Positions 36,270 to 47,604 of a stretch of DNA of 64,000 nucleotides are shown piece by piece. The translations under genes were made by a program, and so were the position numbers. The notes below the pieces were generated by a model. It was not told the origin of the DNA and searched no databases. It saw nothing but the letters and a program-made list of their open reading frames with translations. The stretch comes from a phage. Position 1 is the first letter of the stretch, and every line of letters starts with the position of its first letter. Where the stretch lies: sequence record PZ379176.1. One strand, written 5' to 3'.

Positions 36270-36584
36270 ATGGCAGATCATGTAGGAAAGAGAGATTATG
36301 CACAAGAAAGACGTACCGCAATTGCCCGTGGTGAAACAGGCGTTGGGAGCAAGAGCGGAGATGCTCAGCGCCACCGTGCACGTCGCATCGTTGAAAAGCG
36401 CGATGGAAAAGCTGCTGTCAGAGGTAAAGACGTTGGACACAAACGAGCTGTCAAGTCTGGAGGCTCTAATGCGTCAAGCAACTTACGTGTTGAATCAGTC
36501 AGCTCAAACCGTTCAAACGGCGGCAAAAGTGGTGATCGAGCTGGAAAAGCAGCTGGAGCACGCAAAGGAGCTTTAAGCTCATAA
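36270..36584 (+). CDS. basic low-complexity protein (Arg/Gly/Lys/Ser-rich)
   Basis: Strong SD TAAGGAG 8 nt upstream; AT-rich third positions; an alternative frame (36298-36576) is also open. Confidence 0.4.
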   Translation: MADHVGKRDYAQERRTAIARGETGVGSKSGDAQRHRARRIVEKRDGKAAVRGKDVGHKRAVKSGGSNASSNLRVESVSSNRSNGGKSGDRAGKAAGARKGALSS

Positions 36585-36594
36585 AGAGGTTATA

Positions 36595-36888
36595 GTGTCA
36601 GCAGAAACAAAAAGATGTACAATTCACACTTATTGTAAATTCTGTAAAGCAGAGGGTGTAAAAAGAGTTGCAACTTTAATGACCAAGTATTCTCCAAGTA
36701 GAGGATACAGGGACCACTATAAGCACTACTCTTGTAGTGATCACTCCTATCTATTAGAAGATACAGACCCGAATAGAACAAGGAGAGAGCATAACATTGA
36801 CCTGAGAGCTACTCTCAAGGAAATGAAAAATAACTCTCGAAACAACCATTACACTGAAGCTGACTATCAAACTTGGCTTCGTCTCTAG
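36595..36888 (+). CDS. hypothetical protein with Cys/His cluster
   Basis: ORF track; CTIHTYCKFC. Confidence 0.4.
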   Translation: MSAETKRCTIHTYCKFCKAEGVKRVATLMTKYSPSRGYRDHYKHYSCSDHSYLLEDTDPNRTRREHNIDLRATLKEMKNNSRNNHYTEADYQTWLRL

Positions 36889-36957
36889 AACAAAGGCTGC
36901 CTAATCAGGTGGCCTTTTCTTTTATATAAACCAAATTAAACTTCTTAGGTAATAAAT

Positions 36958-37212
36958 ATGTCTATTGTAAAAATCGTAAATATCATTGATGTAACTCGTA
37001 CCGGTAAAACTATCAGTTGGAAATTCACCAATAAGCATAGAGGTTCAGAGAACATCATTCGTTCTATGATTCAACAAAACCCAAATACAGCTCGCACTAA
37101 CGTACTCCTTCGAGGAGCTGATGGAAAATTTATCTCTTATAAGAATAAGAACGTAGAAAAATCTTTCCGTGTTGCAGTAGAAAATCTCATCCCATTCCCT
37201 AAAGGAGTTTAA
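36958..37212 (+). CDS. small protein, tandem paralog 1 of 2
   Basis: Shares GKFISYK...LIPFPKG with next ORF. Confidence 0.45.
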   Translation: MSIVKIVNIIDVTRTGKTISWKFTNKHRGSENIIRSMIQQNPNTARTNVLLRGADGKFISYKNKNVEKSFRVAVENLIPFPKGV

Positions 37213-37213
37213 T

Positions 37214-37498
37214 ATGAATAAGTTAGCTATGGTTCAAATTCGGGACACATACCCTAACCGCCCGGAGCAGAAACCGCGTACTTGGTCTTATCTGTTAGCT
37301 GAAAGTAAGACTATTGACAAATACGCTGTAGGGATTGATGCTATTCCAACTAGTATCACATTGCTCCCTCACAAAACAGCCAGAACCCATGTGATGTTAC
37401 GTGATAGCAAAGGTAAGTTTATCTCTTATCGTGATTCACGAATCAATAATGAGATTAAATCTGCTATGGAATTTTTGATGCCATTCCCAAGAGGTTGA
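37214..37498 (+). CDS. small protein, tandem paralog 2 of 2
   Basis: Shares GKFISYR...LMPFPRG with previous ORF. Confidence 0.45.
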   Translation: MNKLAMVQIRDTYPNRPEQKPRTWSYLLAESKTIDKYAVGIDAIPTSITLLPHKTARTHVMLRDSKGKFISYRDSRINNEIKSAMEFLMPFPRG

Positions 37499-37661
37499 GT
37501 GATGAAAGAATACATTTACGTAGGACAGCGCTGGTTCGGCGATGAATGGGAAGGCGGATACAGCGTTGTGAAAGCTTTTAAGTCGGAAGAAGATGCCAAG
37601 TCATGGGTCTTAAAAGACGATGTTGGCGAGAGAACTTACATTGAAGTAGAGGTGGAGTAGG

Positions 37662-38084
37662 ATGCCATTACCAGCTAGATATCCAAACCGTTTCTTAGTT
37701 CTCAAGTGGGATGATATCGAAATGAATCTCACTGAACATGAACTGGATTTGTTCCATGAATTATTATCAGAAATTCGCTCTGGTATTCCTGAACGTCAGT
37801 ATGTGGTTATCAGTGATAAACACCCTCAAGAGTTTGAAGAGGCTTGGGGTATGAAGCTGGCTTATATTCAGAGAGCTATTCAAGAAAGAGAAGAAGTTGC
37901 CAATCAGAGGGTTGTGGCTCATTTAGTACGAGAGCAACCTCGTGAAGCTAGGGCTAACCATGCACCACCTCCACCCCCTCCTTGGACAGTTGTCAACGGG
38001 ACGGTTAGGGCTTATAGTGATGAAGCTACCATGTTGAATGTAGTAGAAGATAACCAAGCCTTTACAGATTTACTTTACCAATAA
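37662..38084 (+). CDS. hypothetical protein (140 aa) with proline run
   Basis: ORF track; HAPPPPPPW. Confidence 0.45.
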   Translation: MPLPARYPNRFLVLKWDDIEMNLTEHELDLFHELLSEIRSGIPERQYVVISDKHPQEFEEAWGMKLAYIQRAIQEREEVANQRVVAHLVREQPREARANHAPPPPPPWTVVNGTVRAYSDEATMLNVVEDNQAFTDLLYQ

Positions 38085-38100
38085 TTTAAAGGAGTATAAA

Positions 38101-39944
38101 GTGAGCAACCCGGACGCTCTTCCATTTTTGACAGAGATGACTGTCGCTGATATAATCTCTAAGCAAGCAAAGCACGGAGTGAGTTTCAACCGAAGAAATG
38201 CTCGGTGGTATGTTCACCTCCTTAAAGAGATTATTGTTAATATTGACAGAGAGTTGATTCCTCTCTTACCTAAGATGAGATTAGATGGCTCTACTTACAT
38301 GAAGCCATTTAAGAAGTCTGGAGCTTTACAGAAGTGGCCTCAAGCCTATTGTGATAGGGTTGGGCTGAAAAGAGAAGATATTGGTGGAGCTTTCACCTGC
38401 GTCGAATACGTAGACTTTGACCCATCGAAAGATGCACGAGTTAAAGAAGCTCTTATGGATGAGGGTTTTCTTCCTCCAGAGTTTAACGTATCTAAGAAGC
38501 CTTGGAATACTTTCGAAATTAAGAAAGATATGCGAAAGTATGGAACATACCAAGCATGGTATACTGCTTGGATGCGAGGTAATGCTAAGCAAAAGCAGAC
38601 AGCCGAGATGGTTGACGCTGATATTAAGAAGTTCTTAGAAAAGCATTTCAGGTTTAAAACTAAGAACTATATGAAGGCTTACGTATTTGGTTTGGGATTA
38701 AACCCGAATCGCCGTAATCCTGTAACGTTTGATGAGATTAAGAAAGCACTAGCCACATCAAACAAGTGGCCTACAGCTCCTACAAACCTCGAGGAGACTC
38801 TTGAAGAAGGGTTAGGGGTGAGCTAGGGAGTGTCGGAAGTTTGCTTAAGAGACGCGTTGTAGCGGCTCACAGGCTAGGTCTTATCAGTGGACTCATAGCA
38901 AAGGAACGCGAAGATGGTAAACTTTCGGCAGAAGCTAACAGCTGCGCTACGCCGACTTTTCGATTCAAACATCGTATCGTGGTTAATATTCCCTCCCGTG
39001 GTCTGTTTGGTCACGAGTGTCGCAGTTTGTTTGAGTCTGACTATAACTCAGACAGTGATCACTCTCGTCCTTTCGTTATTACTAACGTTGTTCCTGATGG
39101 TTGTTATATACGAAAAGGTACTAACGTAATTTACGAGAAAGGTAAGCCGGGGAAGAAAGATAAACCTATAGGTGCTTACAAATATTACATACCCGCTGGT
39201 AAAGAAGTATTCTTAGGGTATGATGGTTCTGGACTTGAACTTCGTATGCTCGCTCACTACCTCATTAAAGAGTGTAGGGATATGCTTGCTGAGGCAATTG
39301 AAGAGAACAACCCAGCTAAGAAAGCTCTGGCAGAACGTGGTTTAGCTTCTGCTATTATGTATCGTGATATTCTCCTTGAAGGTGATATCCACTCCCACAA
39401 CCAGAAACTTGCTGGTCTTCCTACTCGTGACAACGCTAAGACGTTTATCTACGCATTCAACTATGGTGCTGGTGATGCTAAGCTTGGTTCAATTGTAGGT
39501 GGTGGGGCTGACGAAGGTTCAGTGATGCGAGCACGTTTCTTAGCAGAGAACCCATGTATTGCAATCCTCATTGATCGTATGACAGAGAAAGCTGCTCAAG
39601 GATACTTGATTGGAGTTGATGGTCGTAAGATTACAATGAGACGGGATGCCACTGGTAAGGTTATGGTTCATAAAGCCCTTAACACACTCCTGCAATGTGC
39701 TGGTGCTGTTGTTATGAAATATGCTATGATGTTCCTTAACAAGTGGATTGAGAAAGATAAGGTTCGTTGTGCTAAGGTAATTGATATGCACGATGAAGGT
39801 CAATTCTCAGTAAACCGTAATGATGTACAGAAACTCAAAGAGCACACCGAGCTTTGTGTTAAGAAAGCTGGCGAGTATCTGAATATGGAATGTCCTCTGG
39901 CATCTGATTGTCAGATTGGACTTAACTGGATGCATACACACTAA
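38101..39944 (+). CDS. DNA polymerase, polymerase domain (T7 gp5-like palm/fingers), interrupted by a frame break near 38805-38826
   Basis: SKQAKHGVSFN; EDGK...FRFKHRIVVNIPSRGLFGHECRSLF; DGSGLELRMLAHY; LPTRDNAKTFIYAFNYGAGDAKLG; MHDEGQF parallel T7 gp5; GTG start with SD AAAGGAG. Confidence 0.8.
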
Positions 39945-40008
39945 GGTGAGTGATGAAAGAAACCAATATCATCTACAGAACATTGAGATGTTTAGCTAAA
40001 GAGAGGGG

Positions 40009-40317
40009 ATGGAGGATTTCCTCCTCCAATATTATGAAATAGCTAAGACTGGAATTTATCCAAAATGGTTTAGTGAAGATCAAGGATTATGCTTCAACTT
40101 TCGCTGTTATAAGAGGTATTACTATTTCACAAAGCATTTAGATATTGACGACATGAAGAATATGTTTAATCAAGAAAAGTTTTTTGACCCAACATACCCA
40201 TTCGGATGTGATCAATATTTTAGAGATAGGGAAAACGGGGCACATCATAAGAATCCAAAACGACGTGCTTGGATTAAAGATACACTGAAAACTCTATATA
40301 ATATTGAGGTTGAGTGA
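40009..40317 (+). CDS. hypothetical protein (102 aa)
   Basis: ORF track. Confidence 0.4.
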   Translation: MEDFLLQYYEIAKTGIYPKWFSEDQGLCFNFRCYKRYYYFTKHLDIDDMKNMFNQEKFFDPTYPFGCDQYFRDRENGAHHKNPKRRAWIKDTLKTLYNIEVE

Positions 40318-40508
40318 TGAGTGTTCGTGGTTATTATGAATCTTGGGCCGTCTTCAGTGGTGGCTCCACTCTCGTAGCGTTAAATGGTCAACTGTGTATC
40401 TTTGAGACAGAGAACTTAGCAATAACCAAAGCAGCAGAGCTAGTTCGAAAGTTTCCAAACAAGACATTCACAGTTAAAATGATAGAAGTACCTGCATTGG
40501 TAGAGTGA
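40314..40508 (+). CDS. hypothetical small protein
   Basis: ORF track; ATGA overlap. Confidence 0.4.
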   Translation: MMSVRGYYESWAVFSGGSTLVALNGQLCIFETENLAITKAAELVRKFPNKTFTVKMIEVPALVE

Positions 40509-40691
40509 ATAAATAAGACGAATGAACTATTCTTATTGATTGGTTCGTAACAAGGAGATTGAAGTGGAAGAGATGCCATCGGATTGGTGTTATCGTCAGA
40601 GCGCCATCTGTAATGAACAAGGTCGTCTTGATGAGGCTGAGTTCTATCTAGAGCTAGCCGAACTGTGGAAAGAACGAGAGGAGAAAGAGTG

Positions 40692-40859
40692 ATGGAAGGT
40701 ATTTACCGTAAACCGCCTCCAAAATATAACATCCTTTATACTGATGCAACAGGCGAGTTTAGAAGTGTGTTAGTTTACACGGATGAAGAACGAAACCAAA
40801 TGGTTGCTGCTATTGAAGCCAATGGTGGTACAATCATGCGAATTTATAACATAACATAA
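40692..40859 (+). CDS. hypothetical small protein
   Basis: ATG at 40692 in track frame. Confidence 0.35.
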   Translation: MEGIYRKPPPKYNILYTDATGEFRSVLVYTDEERNQMVAAIEANGGTIMRIYNIT

Positions 40860-41052
40860 GGAATATCAATGACTGCTTCTGAATTAAAAGAAACCCTATC
40901 CACTGAAGAAGGTAAAGCTTTCTTCTTATCTCAAGTACACTCTATGGGTAAAGATGCCCTTCGCCAAGCAGTCGTTGAGCTTACTGGTGTAGTGATTGAC
41001 TTGAGTATTGAAAACGAAACACTTGAAGCTAAAGTGAACAGTTAAATAAGAA

Positions 41053-41076
41053 GCTGCCTTCGGGCGGCTTTTCTTG
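41053..41076 (+). terminator. rho-independent terminator
   Basis: GCTGCC-ttcg-GGCGGC then TTTTCTTG. Confidence 0.55.
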
Positions 41077-41484
41077 TCTAAAGGATTTGACATGAATATT
41101 GGTTTAGATTACGATGACACTTACACCTCAGATAAAAAGCTGTGGCGCTCTGTGGTGGCATTAATGCAAGAAAAGGGCTACGATGTACGCTTTGTAACTT
41201 ATCGCTTTGCAGAGCCTAATGGGTACGATAACCACGACATTAAGATTGATGCAGAGTGTTTGCAGATTCCTATTATCTTTTGTAATGGTGTGCAGAAGGA
41301 TGAGGTCTGTCGACAGCTAGGTTTCTTCGTCGATATCTGGATTGACGACTTCCCTGTTGGAATCCCCAAAAAGGACCACCTAGACGGTATGCTGAAGGGC
41401 GTAAGACTTAATGACCTTAGGGCAGCACCTCCTGTAGAAATAGCCGCTCCTGTGTACTCTGAAGAGCCTTTGGTGATTCGATGA
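41074..41484 (+). CDS. HAD-like hydrolase candidate
   Basis: N-terminal D-x-D-x-T (IGLDYDDTYT); otherwise unassigned. Confidence 0.35.
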   Translation: MSKGFDMNIGLDYDDTYTSDKKLWRSVVALMQEKGYDVRFVTYRFAEPNGYDNHDIKIDAECLQIPIIFCNGVQKDEVCRQLGFFVDIWIDDFPVGIPKKDHLDGMLKGVRLNDLRAAPPVEIAAPVYSEEPLVIR

Positions 41485-41644
41485 AGAAATATAGTGTATG
41501 GATTAACGAGGAAGAAGAAGGTTTTGATGAAGCTGGAGGGTGGGTGAATATCCTAAACACCGACGACATAGAAGAGGCCGAGAAGTGCGCCCTAAACTAC
41601 AACTCTGGGTATTATGAAAGAAATTGGGAATATGAGGAAGAAGT

Positions 41645-41866
41645 ATGATTTGGGTTCACACTTATAGAATTGGGAAGAAAGGGCTTACTACTATTCACAC
41701 ATCTGAAGATAGTGCTAAAGCATCTCAGGCTGTACTGAAAGGAAAGATCACACCTTATGTAGTCGCTGAAGAAAAGAAGAATCCTCCAGTTCTGGAATAC
41801 TTAGGAACAGGTAAACCTTACACAGCACTGGATGTTATTAACAACAAACAAGGAGATGTGGCATAA
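41645..41866 (+). CDS. hypothetical small protein
   Basis: ORF track. Confidence 0.35.
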   Translation: MIWVHTYRIGKKGLTTIHTSEDSAKASQAVLKGKITPYVVAEEKKNPPVLEYLGTGKPYTALDVINNKQGDVA

Positions 41867-41868
41867 AA

Positions 41869-42084
41869 ATGGAATACATTGATAAATACTCAAGTGAAGA
41901 TTCAACAAACGCTGAAGTTTTATTTATACTAAAAACAGACTGTCTTGAACATGGTCAACTTATCAATTTCATTGAGTTAGCAAAACTTAAAGAAGAGATA
42001 GATCAACTGTATAGCGATGAGCAGTCTCGTTTGTTATCACTGTCCCTTCTCGGAGATCTTACCTGTGATGGATGTACTATCTAA
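41869..42084 (+). CDS. hypothetical small protein
   Basis: ORF track. Confidence 0.35.
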   Translation: MEYIDKYSSEDSTNAEVLFILKTDCLEHGQLINFIELAKLKEEIDQLYSDEQSRLLSLSLLGDLTCDGCTI

Positions 42085-42244
42085 CTCTGAGAAAAAGAAG
42101 ATCTCAGTATTTAAAGAACCTGTAGTTTATAAAGACTCTATCAGAGATCAATATAATGAGATGTTAAAGAAACAAGCTGATTCTAATCTTCGTTATCAGA
42201 GGATAATAGAACAAACTAACTTTAAAGGTTTACTTGAATGGTAA
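42068..42244 (+). CDS. hypothetical small protein
   Basis: ATG at 42068 in track frame. Confidence 0.3.
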   Translation: MDVLSNSEKKKISVFKEPVVYKDSIRDQYNEMLKKQADSNLRYQRIIEQTNFKGLLEW

Positions 42245-42345
42245 CTTATATCCTTTACTTTTTAGCTTTCTTAGGAATAATCTTTTTATCTATTATTCTT
42301 GAATTTGGTTTAAGTAGGTTAGTTAATTATTTAGGTAATAAGTAA
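42238..42345 (+). CDS. 35-aa hydrophobic peptide (single TM helix)
   Basis: MVTYILYFLAFLGIIFLSIILEFGL...; ATGGTAA overlap with previous stop. Confidence 0.25.
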   Translation: MVTYILYFLAFLGIIFLSIILEFGLSRLVNYLGNK

Positions 42346-42592
42346 TTAATATTCTTTTAAATAGAGAATCAAAGTCCCTAGGAGTCCCTACAACCTAAAT
42401 CAAGGATTCCTTAATTCTCTATTTTTATCTCGCAGGTGGCTCCTGCCCTTCGGTACTTGCAAGGGATTCTGTGAATTGCCCAATATACAAGCCTGCAATA
42501 ACTTTATCAGCTATACAATATATACATTACTAGTGTGTTATATCTACTACCAAAGATACTTATATTATATAGTACTCTTATCGGTATAAGCG

Positions 42593-42601
42593 TAATGTAT
42601 A
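42593..42601 (+). promoter_or_regulatory. TAATGTATA motif (candidate phage-specific promoter element)
   Basis: Exact 9-mer 60 nt upstream of ATG 42661; inverted copy at 42521-42529. Confidence 0.4.
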
Positions 42602-42660
42602 CTATACATAACCGCTCAAAGAGAGCAACAATCTTTCAAATTAAATAAGGAAATTAAAAT

Positions 42661-43407
42661 ATGTCTATGATTCCAACTATCGCAACTGCTTCCCGTAAAT
42701 CCAACTACGATGTAATCCCTGATGGTGAATACGAAGCACGTATCGTTCGTGTAGTAGGTTTGGGTGTTCACAATCGTGACCCTTGGATTGACCCGAAGAC
42801 CAAAGCAGTAACTCCTAAGAATCCGGCTTTCCGTATGGATTTAGCTTTCGAGCTGATTGGTGTTGATGCTACTGGTAAAGATTCCGATGGTAAGGCATTA
42901 GAACCACGTCCAGCTTGCCAGTTCAAGAGCTATGATGTAAACCCACGAGCTAAGAACTCTGGTATTCTTGATCTTTGCAAAATGATTGACCCAAGTATTC
43001 AAGCACTGAAAGGTGATCTGTCTTGGTTCAAGGATGTTCTGTTAGGTCAGCCTGTTAACATTCTGGTTAACTCTTATACTAACAAATCTGGTGAAGTTAA
43101 AAACTCCATCAAGACCATTTCTCCAATCCCAACCAAATATCGTGCAGCAGTTGGTGAAGCTCGTAGTCCTCTGGTATTCTTCGAACCGTATGCTGAAACC
43201 GATGAGAACGTAGCATCCTATCAACTGATGTTCCCGTTCCAGCGCAACCTGCTTACTCAAGCTAATGACGCTAAGAACATGCCTCTGGCTGGTCGTGAAA
43301 TTACTCGTGCTTCTGAAACAGAGCAGAAAGAAGCTACTCCTTCAATCCCTACGATTGATAAAGAGCCTGCTTCTACTTACGAAGACGACAACGATAGCCC
43401 ATTCTAA
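42661..43407 (+). CDS. hypothetical abundant-type protein; possible ssDNA-binding protein
   Basis: Acidic C-terminal tail ending in Phe (EDDNDSPF), reminiscent of the T7 gp2.5 tail; core not recognisable by eye. Confidence 0.3.
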   Translation: MSMIPTIATASRKSNYDVIPDGEYEARIVRVVGLGVHNRDPWIDPKTKAVTPKNPAFRMDLAFELIGVDATGKDSDGKALEPRPACQFKSYDVNPRAKNSGILDLCKMIDPSIQALKGDLSWFKDVLLGQPVNILVNSYTNKSGEVKNSIKTISPIPTKYRAAVGEARSPLVFFEPYAETDENVASYQLMFPFQRNLLTQANDAKNMPLAGREITRASETEQKEATPSIPTIDKEPASTYEDDNDSPF

Positions 43408-43428
43408 TAACTCTCCTTGTTATAGCTT

Positions 43429-43452
43429 AGCCACCTCCGGGTGGCTTTTTTC
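43429..43452 (+). terminator. rho-independent terminator
   Basis: AGCCACC-tccg-GGTGGCT then TTTTTT. Confidence 0.55.
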
Positions 43453-43464
43453 GTTGGAGACAAC

Positions 43465-43815
43465 ATGCAAAACACATTAAGTGATAACTTAGGGTTTATC
43501 GTTTTCTCAGCTCTTGTATTCTTTGGTGGTATGAAGTTTAACGAATATCAAACAGACAGCAGTAATCTGGACAAAGAGAAGCACCAGCAAGAGTTAGAGA
43601 TTGAAAGAAGTAGAGCAGCTGATGAAGTTGCTCAGAGAGTTCTTACCGGTTTATCTAACTGGAAGAAGAACACGGAAACCGTTTATAAAGAGATGCATTA
43701 TGAGAAAACTAAACCAGTTTTTTATAATGTCTGCGCTAGTGATGAGTATGTCAGCTTGTTCAACGAGCGACAACAGCAGGCAATCAATGCCCTTACCAAC
43801 AAACCTAAAAGCTGA
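43465..43815 (+). CDS. i-spanin (Rz-like)
   Basis: N-terminal TM helix then coiled-coil; contains the start of an out-of-frame lipoprotein ORF. Confidence 0.55.
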   Translation: MQNTLSDNLGFIVFSALVFFGGMKFNEYQTDSSNLDKEKHQQELEIERSRAADEVAQRVLTGLSNWKKNTETVYKEMHYEKTKPVFYNVCASDEYVSLFNERQQQAINALTNKPKS

Positions 43816-43959
43816 ATGTAGGGTTGACCTGCCTCTTTTAGAAAGTGCTCAAGGAAAAGCATTAGCCACTACGTTGGAGTGGTATCAGGACCAGTACACA
43901 GAATGTGCTGCCAATCACAATGGATTGTTAGAAGCTCTGAAAGAGCGTGGAATAGAATA

Positions 43960-43960
<1 letters not shown>
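43700..43960 (+). CDS. o-spanin (Rz1-like lipoprotein), overlapping the Rz 3-prime end
   Basis: Signal peptide ending SAC then Pro-rich mature region; begins inside the Rz ORF in another frame. Confidence 0.55.
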
Positions 43961-45452
<1,492 letters not shown>

Positions 45453-45456
<4 letters not shown>

Positions 45457-45983
45457 ATAAGTTTAACCTTATGGAAGAAGAGATTGCTGATCTGTGTCAC
45501 AAATTAAGAGATAAGACCAGAACGATTTCTATGTTACGTGCAGTTATTGATAGCTATCGTAAATCTGTTGAAGAAATCTCTTCGTGTTCTGCTGATACAG
45601 AAATTCGGTATGCAATGAAAAGGTTGATAGTAAAGCCGCCAGTAGGTGAAGAGTATCCAATTTATTCCTCTGTTCCTGTAGTCAGTTTTAAGCCTACAAC
45701 TGAACAAACCAGCAAAAGAAGTCCAGCTTTAGACACTATGGTTGGGGGTGCACACTATAACCCTGAATCTAAAATCATTCAGCCTGTTGAGTTTTACCAT
45801 GCAAACCCTCAGTTGAACTTCCAACAAACCAATATGATCAAATACGCTTATCGACACAAAGATAAGAATAAGGTTCAGGATTTGTTGAAGGTTGTTCACT
45901 ACGCCCTTCTTGAGTGTGGGTTTGAATACCCTGAAGAGTATGATAACTTCCGCAATGAAATCCGTAAGCTGTTAGGAGAATAA
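45453..45983 (+). CDS. hypothetical protein (possible DUF3310-like C-terminus)
   Basis: GGAHYNPE...IKYAYRHKDKN...DLLKVVHYALL; from memory only. Confidence 0.3.
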
Positions 45984-45984
45984 T

Positions 45985-46803
45985 ATGGAAGACGTTAAGC
46001 TCCCTGAGGTAGCTATAGTGGATGCTGACGTTCTTCGATATGAAGTGGGTGCTCTTACTCAGGAGCATCCCTTTCTTGACACAGGACGTGTTCCAGTTGA
46101 TTATAATTTCATGATTGAACGACTTCAGTACAAGATTGATACAATTATAGCTCGCTCAGGATGTAGTAAGGTTGTGTTCTACTTCAGCGAAGGTGGTAAT
46201 TTCCGTTTCGATGTTGCTAAGCAGCAAGATTACAAAGCAAATAGACCTCCCGGAGAAAGACCTTTTCACTGGCAAAACGTTGGTGATTATATTAAAGGTA
46301 AGTATGAATACATAGATGTATTTGGGAGAGAGGCTGATGATGCACTAGCTGAAAGGCAACGTAGAGATAAGAATACTATCATCTGTACTAGAGACAAGGA
46401 TTTGTTGATAACTCCCGGATGGCATTATCGTTGGGCTTGTGGAGAAAGACAGAAAGAGGTTCCTCCTCACTACGTATCTGATTTAGTTTCATGGCAAAAT
46501 TTCTTCTATCAGATGCTGGTTGGAGATGGTACAGATAATATCCCCGGATGTGGAGAACGTAAAGAAGTTATGTGGGGTGGTAAGCTCCAGCTTCGACGTC
46601 AAGGAATAGGGAAGAAAGCAGCAGCTAAACTATTGGCTGGTGTTACAGATAAGTGGACCATGTATCATATAGTACGAATGGAATATTATAAGAAGTTCGA
46701 TACTGAAGATGAAGAGAAGATGCTTGAGAATGCTCGGCTGCTCTTTGTTGGTCAGACTCCGGAAGACCTGTTCGACTGGACATGGTTAGATAAATCTTGG
46801 TAA
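45985..46803 (+). CDS. 5-prime to 3-prime exonuclease / flap endonuclease (FEN-like)
   Basis: YKANR, EADDALA, TRDKDLL and GDGTDNIPG motifs. Confidence 0.7.
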   Translation: MEDVKLPEVAIVDADVLRYEVGALTQEHPFLDTGRVPVDYNFMIERLQYKIDTIIARSGCSKVVFYFSEGGNFRFDVAKQQDYKANRPPGERPFHWQNVGDYIKGKYEYIDVFGREADDALAERQRRDKNTIICTRDKDLLITPGWHYRWACGERQKEVPPHYVSDLVSWQNFFYQMLVGDGTDNIPGCGERKEVMWGGKLQLRRQGIGKKAAAKLLAGVTDKWTMYHIVRMEYYKKFDTEDEEKMLENARLLFVGQTPEDLFDWTWLDKSW

Positions 46804-46816
46804 TAAGGATATTATA

Positions 46817-46996
46817 ATGGGTAAATTTGATTATCGTTCATATGATGAAAACTCCTCCAACCGTGAATCTCGTAAAGACCAAAAGATTAAACATCAACTG
46901 TTTGATCAGAGAACTGGTCGTATTCCTCGTGAGGGTAAGGTGAGTCATCGTGTAAACAAACGAGTTTGGGAAGAAGCTGATTATGGCGAAGTCTGA
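46817..46996 (+). CDS. hypothetical small protein (59 aa)
   Basis: ATG after AAGGA; below track cut-off. Confidence 0.3.
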   Translation: MGKFDYRSYDENSSNRESRKDQKIKHQLFDQRTGRIPREGKVSHRVNKRVWEEADYGEV

Positions 46997-47384
46997 GAAG
47001 ACTCGCTGTAGTGGAATGTGGACTGAAGCTCGTTACAACTCTTTCATCAAGTCAGGGATTCGTTCTCTGACTAGAAAGTGGAAGCCTATGTTCGATGCAC
47101 TAGCAGACGCCAAGACAGAGCAGAAGATTAATCCAAAGACAGGAAGACTGGCAATGCACTTTAAGTGTGCCATGTGTGGTTCTGACCACCCTGTAAAGGA
47201 TATGGCTATTGACCACATAGAGCCTATAGTTCCCTTAGATCATGAAGCAACTTGGGATGAAATCATCTCTCGTGCTCTGTGTGAGAAAGAAGGTTTTCAG
47301 GTTCTGTGTAAAGACCCTTGTCATAAGATTAAAACAAAAGAAGAGAATGATGCAAGAAAACAATTCAAAAAAGGAAATGAGTGA
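46983..47384 (+). CDS. HNH endonuclease
   Basis: CAMCG...DHIEPI...H...CH..K arrangement. Confidence 0.65.
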   Translation: MAKSEKTRCSGMWTEARYNSFIKSGIRSLTRKWKPMFDALADAKTEQKINPKTGRLAMHFKCAMCGSDHPVKDMAIDHIEPIVPLDHEATWDEIISRALCEKEGFQVLCKDPCHKIKTKEENDARKQFKKGNE

Positions 47385-47604
47385 TGATCAAAAATCTACG
47401 CAACAAGTGCTTCGCTTTCGCTATCGCAATTGGAGAGGCGAGGTTGCTGACCGGTCCGTTATTCCACTCCGAACCTCCGTTGCTAGCTCCCGTTTTCATA
47501 ACGGTGGCAAACCTTGTTGGATTATGACAGCAATTGATGTAGAGAAAGATGAGATTCGAGAGTTCAAACTCTCTGACATTATTCAGTATTACGATTTAAT
47601 CTAG
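47377..47604 (+). CDS. hypothetical small protein
   Basis: ATG 47377 overlapping HNH stop; track frame. Confidence 0.35.
   Translation: MSDDQKSTQQVLRFRYRNWRGEVADRSVIPLRTSVASSRFHNGGKPCWIMTAIDVEKDEIREFKLSDIIQYYDLI

Noticed and set aside
36298-36576. 92-aa ORF in the alternative frame to 36270-36584
   Set aside because: Weaker start context and GC-rich third positions atypical for this genome; not annotated as a gene but noted as possible dual coding.
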